A stretch of DNA of 64,000 nt from a virus: positions 1 to 64,000 of IMG/VR virus record IMGVR_UViG_3300035670_000079; one strand, written 5' to 3'. Position numbers and translations under genes: made by a program. The notes below the pieces were generated by a model, which saw only the letters and a list, made by a program, of their open reading frames with translations, was not told the DNA's origin and searched no databases. Shown here one piece after another: positions 52,417 through 60,224 of this stretch. Within the stretch, counting starts at the first letter, position 1. Each line of letters starts with the position of its first letter.

Positions 52417-52961
52417 TGGCATTGCCAGATTATTTCAAAGTGGCCCAAGGTACTGCCGTTATTTGGGGAGAGTCTGGCGCTACCGGCGGTTTAGGTGCTG
52501 TCACTAAGACACTGAGCTTAAATGCACTAGCATCCGGGTCAGGTAGAATGGGCGCATCTGCTGACTTAGGCGCCACTTGGGATATGGAGCATATCCTTAT
52601 AGGTGCGATAGAGTCTGGTACAGCCCCTACAGCCGGTTTAAGTATTGACATTTATTTGGCGTGGAGTCATGATAACACTAACTGGCCCGCAGGTGTAACT
52701 GGTAGTGACGGTGCATGGCCCGCTGACGGCAATGAGGATGAGTGGGCGCTGCAATTGACACCAATAGCCTTATCAGTAATCTCCACTAATGATGGTAATG
52801 TGGTTCAAATGCAGAATCCTCGCATAATTATACCTAAAGCGCGGTACGTGGCCCCTGTGGTAGATAATAACTGGAATCAGGCTATCAGGAATCAGGGTAC
52901 GGCCAGCAATAATTTGTCTAGAATACTGCTTGTACCATTAATATCCTCTGTTGAGGACTAA
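52416..52961 (+). CDS. hypothetical protein (head module)
   Basis: Track ORF with a TAATG overlap with the upstream gene. Confidence 0.55.
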   Translation: MALPDYFKVAQGTAVIWGESGATGGLGAVTKTLSLNALASGSGRMGASADLGATWDMEHILIGAIESGTAPTAGLSIDIYLAWSHDNTNWPAGVTGSDGAWPADGNEDEWALQLTPIALSVISTNDGNVVQMQNPRIIIPKARYVAPVVDNNWNQAIRNQGTASNNLSRILLVPLISSVED

Positions 52962-52962
52962 T

Positions 52963-53733
52963 ATGTTAAGCATTGATGGGCTAGAGGAGTATTTAACTAC
53001 ATTATGGTGCCCGCTAATTCAAAGTGGTCCAAATTTAACTGATCTTAGTGGGTTGGGCCATGACGTTAACTTAACTGGGACACTCACTAATGTGCCCAAT
53101 AAGGGGGTACTCCTCAATAACTCTACTGGCGCAATAGGTACATATAAGAGTCAGTTAGGTCGAAGGTTAGTCGGAACTCTATCTATTTGGTTTGAGCTAA
53201 TCAGCAGCGCTAGTACGGGTTATTTTATTAGGCAACGGTTTTCAGCCTCTGATTATGCAGAGTTTGGCATTAACAGTGCTGGAAGATTTTTTTACACTAC
53301 TAGCAGCGGCTTAGCAATTAACGATAGTATGCAAACATTTTCACCAGGGGTTCGCTATAACTTAATACTTTCTGTAGGCAGTTTTGGAAATAGGGTTTAT
53401 ATAAATGGCTCTAGGGATCTCTGTTCTTATGGTAATGGGACAGCCGCCACACAAGTGTTTTTAGCGACTGTTACGTATCCAGGAACGCTGACCTTAGGGC
53501 ACATCGGTGCAGGCGCTAGTAGCATTAATGCTTACCTAGGCGAGCTAGCTATCTTTGACTGTTCTATTAACGAAGTTTCAGCTAGACGACTTTACAGTAT
53601 TGGCCCCCTAGGACTGCTAAGTGCAAGAAATTTACTAAGACGCAAACGTGTAGGCTCAGCAAGTGCGGCTACTTTTAATGCCGCTTTAGCTCGACACTCA
53701 AATCAGCTTATTTACCCGAACTTGGTGAGATAA
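52963..53733 (+). CDS. LamG/concanavalin-like jelly-roll protein (tentative)
   Basis: ATG 52963. The C-terminal YLGELAIFDCSINEVSARRLYS resembles the LamG-type signature. The assignment is tentative. Confidence 0.5.
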   Translation: MLSIDGLEEYLTTLWCPLIQSGPNLTDLSGLGHDVNLTGTLTNVPNKGVLLNNSTGAIGTYKSQLGRRLVGTLSIWFELISSASTGYFIRQRFSASDYAEFGINSAGRFFYTTSSGLAINDSMQTFSPGVRYNLILSVGSFGNRVYINGSRDLCSYGNGTAATQVFLATVTYPGTLTLGHIGAGASSINAYLGELAIFDCSINEVSARRLYSIGPLGLLSARNLLRRKRVGSASAATFNAALARHSNQLIYPNLVR

Positions 53734-56147
53734 TGCGCAAAAACGTGGCTGGGCAGATCATCGGCATACAAATGCTGGCCACTGATGGCAGTAACTTCAC
53801 TGGCACAGTGACCGTGTATATCACTGGTGATAACGGTACGCAAGCAATTGGTACCGTTGGTTCAGGTGTGTGTACGCATAAAGGTAAAGGTTTTCACACT
53901 TACGCACCGTCGCAAGCAGAGACTAACTATGATCATATTGCTTTCACTTTTGAGGGGACCGGGGCAATAACTGCGACTCTGCAAGTCTACACTCGTGTAG
54001 ATGTCAATATTACGCATTGGTTAGCTACGGCAGTTACCGGAGACGGGGATTGGGCTGAGTTGCAAGGTGATATTGACGATATTTTAGTCGATACTGGCAC
54101 CTCCGGAGTTATTGTTGCCACCAATAATGACAAGACCGGGTATAGCCTTACTCAAGCATTTCCAACCAACTTTGCAAGTCTTGCAATTACGGTCGGTGGC
54201 GCCGTTACTGTGGGTACTAATAGCGATAAGACGGGGTATAGTGTTTCCGGCACAATTACTACGTTGGACGCACTTGATACTGCGCTCGATGCTGCTCATG
54301 GTGGTGGAAGCTGGGCAACTGCTACGGGTTTCTCCACATTTGACCATACTACAGATCAAGTTACAGTTGCTGTTAATAACGATAAGACTGGTTACAGTCT
54401 TACTCAGGCATTTCCTAGCAACTTTGCAAGTCTCGCAATTACTGTGGGAGGTGCTGTTACTGTTGGCACCAATAGTGATAAAACTGGATACAGTATTTCC
54501 GGCACAATTACTACGTTGGACGCACTTGATACTGCGCTCGATGCTGCTCATGGTGGTGGAAGCTGGGCAACTGCTACCGGATTTTCCACGTTTGATCACA
54601 CAACAGATCAAGTTACGGTTGCTACCAATAACGATAAAACGGGGTATAGCTTAACACAAGCATTCCCAAGTAACTTTGCAAGTCTTGCAATTACCGTAGG
54701 TGGTGCTGTGACAGTTGGAACTAATAACGATAAGTCTGGATATAGTATTTCCGGAACAATTACCACTCTCGATGCTCTGGATACCGCCCTTGATTCGGCG
54801 CATGGTGGTGGTAGCTGGGAAGCTCCAAGTGCGGCTACGGTTGCTGATGCAGTGTGGGACGAACTGCTTAGTGGGCATGTCATTGCAGGTAGCGCTGGGG
54901 CGGCTTTGTCCGCAGCAAGTAGTGCAGGAGATCCGTGGGCTACGGCTCTCCCCGGAGCATACTCAGCAGGTACGGCGGGGCATATTATTGGCAATCTCAA
55001 TGATTTGTCTATGGCGGATATCCGCACTGCTGTAGGGTTAGCGTCGGCTAATCTAGATACGCAGTTGTCCGGATTAAGTACTTTCGATCACACTTCAGAC
55101 CAAGTTACGGTGGCCACTAATAACGACAAGACCGGTTACAGTCTCACTCAGGCATTTCCTAGCAACTTTGCAAGTCTTGCAATTACGGGAGGTGGTGCTG
55201 TCACGGTTGGTACCAATAACGACAAAACTGGGTATAGTATCTCCGGTACGTTGACTACGTTGGATGCGCTTGATACTGCCCTTGATTCTGCTCACGGCGG
55301 TGGAAACTGGGAAGCTCCCTCGGCTGCTACGATAGCAGATGCTGTTTGGGATGAGTTATTAAGTGGTCATGTTATAGCAGGTAGTGCTGGTGCCGCACTG
55401 GCCGCTGCTGGTAGTGCAGGTGATCCGTGGTCAACTCTACTTCCGGGAGCGTATTCTGCGGGAACTGCCGGGCACATTATCGGTAATCTCAACGATCTTT
55501 CGGCAGCGGAGATTCGTACAGCGGTCGGGTTAGCTGCGGCTAATTTGGATACGCAGCTTGCAGCTATGGATACTATACTTGATAGATTTAATACCATGAT
55601 TGAACTTGACGGTTCCGTGTATCGGTATACTACGAATGCACTGGAATTAGCTCCGGCGGGGTCCGGAGGTGGCAGTACTGCCGCACAAATATGGTCGTAT
55701 GCTAGTAGAACACTTACTATGACGGCTCAACAGATACAGGATGTAGTAGAGTCAAATCTAATTACAATACATCGCGGAGACACGATCAGCATATCTTTGA
55801 CAGGTCTTGGTGACTTGTCTGACGCTTATGATATAATATTCACTATTAAGCGATCCTCTGGTGATCCGGAAGATTCAGCCTCAATGCTGCAAGTGCGTAT
55901 GGAAGGTGGCTTAATTTACTTAAACGGTGAAGTTGCCGCTGATTCCGCGCTGGGTGATATTCTTGTAGTGGATGAGGCCGAAGGTGATATTGAGATTAGT
56001 GTAGAGGCTGAGGCAAGTGCTGAGCTTGTACCCAGTGAATGCTACGTCTGCGATGTGCAAGTCTTGCGATATCCGACAGGCACCGTAAATACCGTGCATA
56101 ACAGCGCATGTCATGTGATTGAAGACGTTACACGAGGAATCGTCTAA
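53733..56147 (+). CDS. repeat-rich fibre protein (head or tail fibre)
   Basis: 804 aa. It has about 4 NNDKTGYSLTQAFP.NFASLAIT.GGAVTVGTN.DKTGYS.SGT.TTLDALDTALD.AHGGG.W modules and two AVWDELLSGHVIAGSAG...ANLDTQL modules. Confidence 0.7.
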   Translation: MRKNVAGQIIGIQMLATDGSNFTGTVTVYITGDNGTQAIGTVGSGVCTHKGKGFHTYAPSQAETNYDHIAFTFEGTGAITATLQVYTRVDVNITHWLATAVTGDGDWAELQGDIDDILVDTGTSGVIVATNNDKTGYSLTQAFPTNFASLAITVGGAVTVGTNSDKTGYSVSGTITTLDALDTALDAAHGGGSWATATGFSTFDHTTDQVTVAVNNDKTGYSLTQAFPSNFASLAITVGGAVTVGTNSDKTGYSISGTITTLDALDTALDAAHGGGSWATATGFSTFDHTTDQVTVATNNDKTGYSLTQAFPSNFASLAITVGGAVTVGTNNDKSGYSISGTITTLDALDTALDSAHGGGSWEAPSAATVADAVWDELLSGHVIAGSAGAALSAASSAGDPWATALPGAYSAGTAGHIIGNLNDLSMADIRTAVGLASANLDTQLSGLSTFDHTSDQVTVATNNDKTGYSLTQAFPSNFASLAITGGGAVTVGTNNDKTGYSISGTLTTLDALDTALDSAHGGGNWEAPSAATIADAVWDELLSGHVIAGSAGAALAAAGSAGDPWSTLLPGAYSAGTAGHIIGNLNDLSAAEIRTAVGLAAANLDTQLAAMDTILDRFNTMIELDGSVYRYTTNALELAPAGSGGGSTAAQIWSYASRTLTMTAQQIQDVVESNLITIHRGDTISISLTGLGDLSDAYDIIFTIKRSSGDPEDSASMLQVRMEGGLIYLNGEVAADSALGDILVVDEAEGDIEISVEAEASAELVPSECYVCDVQVLRYPTGTVNTVHNSACHVIEDVTRGIV
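54110..55570 (+). repeat. intragenic 252-bp (84-aa) repeats and a higher-order ~480-bp duplication
   Basis: The stretch tttccggcacaattactacgttggacgcacttgatactgcgctcgatgctgctcatggtggtggaagctgggcaactgcta recurs at 54244 and 54496. Confidence 0.85.
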
Positions 56148-56851
56148 TGCCGAACTATGCAACGGTGTCTCAGGTGATGGAGCACAAAATTGCAGGTGAG
56201 ATACCTCGCAAGATTAAAAATTATTCTCCGGAGGAGATAGCGGAGCATATCGAGGTAGCGGAAGCTATAATTGAGAATCATACTAATACAATTTTCTACA
56301 GCAAAACAGAGACCGTGTACCTTAATGGTACGGGTAATTTATCATTGTTTTTCTACCATGTTGTCAACTACCCTATTATATCTGCGACCTCTGTTAAAGA
56401 GGTAGACCCTGATGGCACTGTTAAATATACTTACTTGGCTACTGATTACGTAGTACAGCCTTGGTATATCTCAGTTGCGTATAACGAGCAGCTAGGTGCC
56501 AGAGAGTTTACTGTGCGACAGGCGCGTTGGCCGAAAGGCCTGCGTAATATTCAGATAGTGGGTACTTGGGGTAGGTCAGCAGTACCGTCGGTTGTAAAGA
56601 CAGCCACCATATTGCTGACTTTGGAATCTCTGATACCCGGATGTACTGGGCTGGTGTCTAATAATATTGTTGAGCGTGAGTGGGAGGATTTACGCTTGAA
56701 ATATCGTGGAACTAGTTCCGAAAGTATTCCTCCTCAGGCATCCGTAGGTTATGACTACATTGACCGGCTGTTAGCTAAGTACGTACTGTCACCGGCTATT
56801 TTTATAACGCCTGATACCCATATCCCTCATCCATTGAGCGATTATGTTTGA
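56147..56851 (+). CDS. head-tail connector/neck module protein (positional)
   Basis: Track ORF with a TAATG overlap. It is the first of four neck-sized ORFs before the tail tube. Confidence 0.5.
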   Translation: MPNYATVSQVMEHKIAGEIPRKIKNYSPEEIAEHIEVAEAIIENHTNTIFYSKTETVYLNGTGNLSLFFYHVVNYPIISATSVKEVDPDGTVKYTYLATDYVVQPWYISVAYNEQLGAREFTVRQARWPKGLRNIQIVGTWGRSAVPSVVKTATILLTLESLIPGCTGLVSNNIVEREWEDLRLKYRGTSSESIPPQASVGYDYIDRLLAKYVLSPAIFITPDTHIPHPLSDYV

Positions 56852-57236
56852 TAGTTACGGCTGCTATGAGAGTTTCGATATCTTCAGATATACGGTTGAG
56901 GATGATGGTATAGGTGGAATAATCCAAAGCGGTAAGACATTCTTGTACCGCAAATTAGTAGGTCGCTCAACGGTAATGAGTGCTAAAAAGCAATTAGACT
57001 TGCTGGGATTTGCCGGAGGTGTTAAGTGGTCGGTGTATATGGAAGCTGTACCATTAGTACCTCTGAATGGTGAGGGTATTTTCTTACGGCTGTCTCCCGG
57101 CAGTCCTGAAATAAATTTGAAGTTAAATACAATCTACAAAATAGTACATTGCAGGAATCAGCAAGACGAGTCAGGGCAGTTAGATCATGGGACTGTTGTA
57201 GTGGAGTTGGACGACGCTCGAACTGCTCAGGAGTAA
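56844..57236 (+). CDS. neck module protein (positional)
   Basis: Track ORF. Confidence 0.5.
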   Translation: MFDSYGCYESFDIFRYTVEDDGIGGIIQSGKTFLYRKLVGRSTVMSAKKQLDLLGFAGGVKWSVYMEAVPLVPLNGEGIFLRLSPGSPEINLKLNTIYKIVHCRNQQDESGQLDHGTVVVELDDARTAQE

Positions 57237-57240
57237 TCAA

Positions 57241-57840
57241 ATGCAAATCCGGATGAAGCCTAGAGAATTGCCGCTCTCTAGTGATAATCCGGATGCAGTC
57301 ATGTTCCGAAGATTTCTTATAGAGGCCTTCTACAAGAGAGTAGCCGGCAGGCCTCGGCAAGGGTTTGAAAAGCGCATATTGCAAACTATTCGTGAAAAAA
57401 TTATAGGTTATATGAGTGAGCATCTTATAGCTCATTATAGAGAGTACATGGACGGTCCTAACGGTGCCTACGGTAAGCCGATTAGCTTTACCGGTACGGC
57501 TGCTGATAGTTTTCAAGTAGTTGAATCCGGCGATAAGTCAATAACAGTGGCAGCAATTGATTATCTCTACCTTCAGGAAACTGATAGTCCGCCGCGAGAA
57601 GTTCCAGCAGATGAGTTTGAACGATTGATAGACTGGGTACTGGCTAGAGGTAGAGCTAAGCATTCCGATTCAGCAATTATCGCCGCAGACCGTATTATGG
57701 AAAAAATCGAGAATGAGGGTTCAGCATTACGGCCATTCATACGAGAGCAGTTTGAAGTATTCATGCAGGAGCATGAGGATAAGCTTGAGCAAATAGTTTT
57801 AGATATCTCTAAGTCCTCCCGAAGGTGGCGAAAGAAATGA
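57241..57840 (+). CDS. neck/tail-completion module protein (positional)
   Basis: Track ORF. Confidence 0.5.
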   Translation: MQIRMKPRELPLSSDNPDAVMFRRFLIEAFYKRVAGRPRQGFEKRILQTIREKIIGYMSEHLIAHYREYMDGPNGAYGKPISFTGTAADSFQVVESGDKSITVAAIDYLYLQETDSPPREVPADEFERLIDWVLARGRAKHSDSAIIAADRIMEKIENEGSALRPFIREQFEVFMQEHEDKLEQIVLDISKSSRRWRKK

Positions 57841-58301
57841 CGGAGCATACAGGCTTAGCGGGTGTATATCAGACGGTGATTGGCGGGCTGCGGGCTAATG
57901 CAACACTTGCAAGTCTTGCAACTCACACCACTACAAATTTGAGAATCGGCAGAGAGATGCCGATTACAGCTAAGTCAATACCATATGTCAGCGTAGCTGT
58001 GGCAAAGTCTATGCCGCAACTTGTGGATGTTCCGGATATCATATCGGGTAAGCTATGTGTGAGTGGGTATCATAGCAATTCAAAAGATTGCACGATATTA
58101 GCAGATGCTATTCAAGCGGTTTTTAATACGGCAATGTCTGATAATAGGGCATATTTTAATCCAAGTGGCGGAGTTAGTTTTAAGGATCTGAGATTTCTGA
58201 GTAGGTCTTCTCAAGTGTATAAACAGGCAGAGGGTTACTATATGGAGTCTGTGGAGGCTCTGTTTATCTGTAACATCACTACACCTTGCCCGGAGGTATA
58301 A
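57837..58301 (+). CDS. neck/tail-terminator module protein (positional)
   Basis: ATG 57837 has an ATGA overlap. It is in frame with track ORF 57825..58301. Confidence 0.5.
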   Translation: MTEHTGLAGVYQTVIGGLRANATLASLATHTTTNLRIGREMPITAKSIPYVSVAVAKSMPQLVDVPDIISGKLCVSGYHSNSKDCTILADAIQAVFNTAMSDNRAYFNPSGGVSFKDLRFLSRSSQVYKQAEGYYMESVEALFICNITTPCPEV

Positions 58302-58307
58302 GACTGA

Positions 58308-58784
58308 ATGGCGACTACGGACATCTTAATTGGCTCCGCGACGGTTCAGCTCAATGGAGCTGATATCGGATATACTCGCGGCGGTGTTATGTGGAGAATT
58401 GATTCTGAGCATGTCGATATTGACGCCGATCAGGCAGTTGGTATTGTTCGCGTAGCGCGAGCGATGGAGCGTGCTTATGTAGAATTTTCTATGATCGAGC
58501 TTACGCTCGAAAATATGCGTATTGCTATGATGCTGCCTACCGCTAATCTGGTTGGTAGTGTTCTTACGCTGGGTTACAACTCACCGTGTTGGGTTGATGA
58601 AATTGAGGTTATCCTCACTGGTCCCGGACCATCCTGTGGCGACAGGGTTGCTACTTTCCCGCGATGCGTTGCTAAGGGTCAGCGTGAGTACAGCATGAAG
58701 CGTGATGCTGCTGCTGAATTTAAGGTTACGTTTGAAGCTCTTAAGGATACTGATGGTAACTTCGGCACTATTGAAGATATCTAA
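58308..58784 (+). CDS. putative major tail (tube) protein (positional)
   Basis: A 158-aa ORF upstream of the chaperone and tape-measure genes. Confidence 0.45.
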   Translation: MATTDILIGSATVQLNGADIGYTRGGVMWRIDSEHVDIDADQAVGIVRVARAMERAYVEFSMIELTLENMRIAMMLPTANLVGSVLTLGYNSPCWVDEIEVILTGPGPSCGDRVATFPRCVAKGQREYSMKRDAAAEFKVTFEALKDTDGNFGTIEDI

Positions 58785-58846
58785 CGTAATCAGCTATACC
58801 GATTGTGCGGAAGCTGTGACACTCGTGACAAGGAGATGCAGGTAAC

Positions 58847-59200
58847 ATGGCTCATGGTTACACCCGATTCCAGTCGTTTACGGTTACAAAGAGCAACCCT
58901 AGCGGTAACATTGTTCGGTTCACTGTTGGCGATACGCCTAATGATCTTAGTGATCCTAAGATGATCCGTATGGTGCTGCAAGACGCTATTCAGCAGTGGA
59001 TCAACTCTGAACGGGCTGATCTTGATTCTAACGGGGATACTGACGTTACCGGTGAAGATACGGCTAATCCCGGCAACGGCTTCGCAGCCTTTAACTTCGT
59101 GTATGGTAGTAAGTATGCTCAAGTCACGCTTACGGCTCTGACCAGTATTTCCTCGACCGGCACTATTACCGCCGCAGTGCCTTTCTCTGACGTGGTTTAA
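58847..59200 (+). CDS. hypothetical protein (tail module)
   Basis: Track ORF preceded by aaggagatgcagg. Confidence 0.5.
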   Translation: MAHGYTRFQSFTVTKSNPSGNIVRFTVGDTPNDLSDPKMIRMVLQDAIQQWINSERADLDSNGDTDVTGEDTANPGNGFAAFNFVYGSKYAQVTLTALTSISSTGTITAAVPFSDVV

Positions 59201-59234
59201 CCGGCACTTAAATTGAAATTAATGGAAATGCACC

Positions 59235-59516
59235 ATGACAACCGATGAAAAATTTATCGAGTATTCTACGTCTGATTTCGCTACAGCGGCCTTCCTGTGG
59301 ACGCAGGCTGGGATTGATTACAAGGAAGCTGTCTTAGCGCCGGGAACATCCAATAAGTTGATATTTGTATTCAGAGCTTGTGGTTACACATCTGACACTC
59401 TGAATGAGCTATTGCTTAGATATTGCAATAAGAAATGTATGGTGGAGCCAAATGCCTTGGTAGCTGCCCAAAATGCTTTGAGGAATATCGTACACTCCAA
59501 GACACGGAAAAATTGA
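59235..59516 (+). CDS. hypothetical protein (tail module)
   Basis: Track ORF. Confidence 0.5.
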   Translation: MTTDEKFIEYSTSDFATAAFLWTQAGIDYKEAVLAPGTSNKLIFVFRACGYTSDTLNELLLRYCNKKCMVEPNALVAAQNALRNIVHSKTRKN

Positions 59517-59517
59517 A

Positions 59518-59922
59518 ATGACAGAGTCTGTCAGTGCTTATCTGTTGCCGTCTAAGGCGCTTAAGCTTAAGGATCAGGATGTCACGGTTAGAAATCCCAG
59601 CTTACGTGACACTATTCGAGTAATCTCAAAGCTGTTGGCACATAAGGATGATATTGTAGAGTACTTTCAGAGTGATAACGCCACCGATGGTGCCAATATC
59701 CTTTTGAAGATATCGGAGAATGATACCTTCTTCAACCTGTACTGCGACATTGCAAGTGCTTGCAGCGATAAACCTGCGAGCTTTTACGCTGACTTGTCGC
59801 TACCGGAATCGTTACAGTTTATAGATGCTCTTATTGAAGTTGTCAATTTTAAGCAAATTTATGACCTTTTTCAAAAAACCCTGATGAAAGTCCCGGCGCT
59901 GTCGTCGAGCAATTCGACGTAG
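59518..59922 (+). CDS. tail assembly chaperone (G-like, zero-frame product)
   Basis: It lies immediately upstream of the tape measure. A -1 frame ORF overlaps its 3' end. Confidence 0.65.
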   Translation: MTESVSAYLLPSKALKLKDQDVTVRNPSLRDTIRVISKLLAHKDDIVEYFQSDNATDGANILLKISENDTFFNLYCDIASACSDKPASFYADLSLPESLQFIDALIEVVNFKQIYDLFQKTLMKVPALSSSNST

Positions 59923-60221
59923 ACAACGTAGCTGCCATCATAGACACCATCTGCAACCAGTACGGTTGGTCTGACGAATATGTGTTGGATCGACCGTATT
60001 GTGTTGTAATGGCTTTATGTGGTGCGATCAGGGTTAGGAAGTATCGGGAAATTCGCCTAAATCACTCGGTAGCAGCGTTAGCTCAGCCGTTAGGTGAGGG
60101 CGGGACAACTGCAATAGATAATTTCTTTGAGTCGATATGTCCTAAAGATATGCTAGTAAGCTCTATGTATAGTTTTAATGTTAACAGTAGCTCTGCTCCG
60201 ACCGGTCTGGCAAGGATCTGA
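59518..60221 (+). CDS. tail assembly chaperone, -1 frameshift-extended form (GT-like)
   Basis: The -1 frame is open from 59865 (just after TGA 59862-64) to TGA 60219-21. A T5-C-A6 tract at 59867-59878 lies inside the 58-nt overlap window. Confidence 0.55.
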
Positions 60222-60224
60222 AAA

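Noticed and set aside
54084-55597. Antisense and alternative-frame ORFs inside the fibre gene: 54084..54611 (-), 54112..54654 (+), 54608..55027 (-), 54715..55035 (+) and others.
   Set aside because: They are a by-product of the repeated, Gly/Ala/Thr-rich coding sequence. The 804-aa frame is continuous and has a recognisable fibre-like modular structure.
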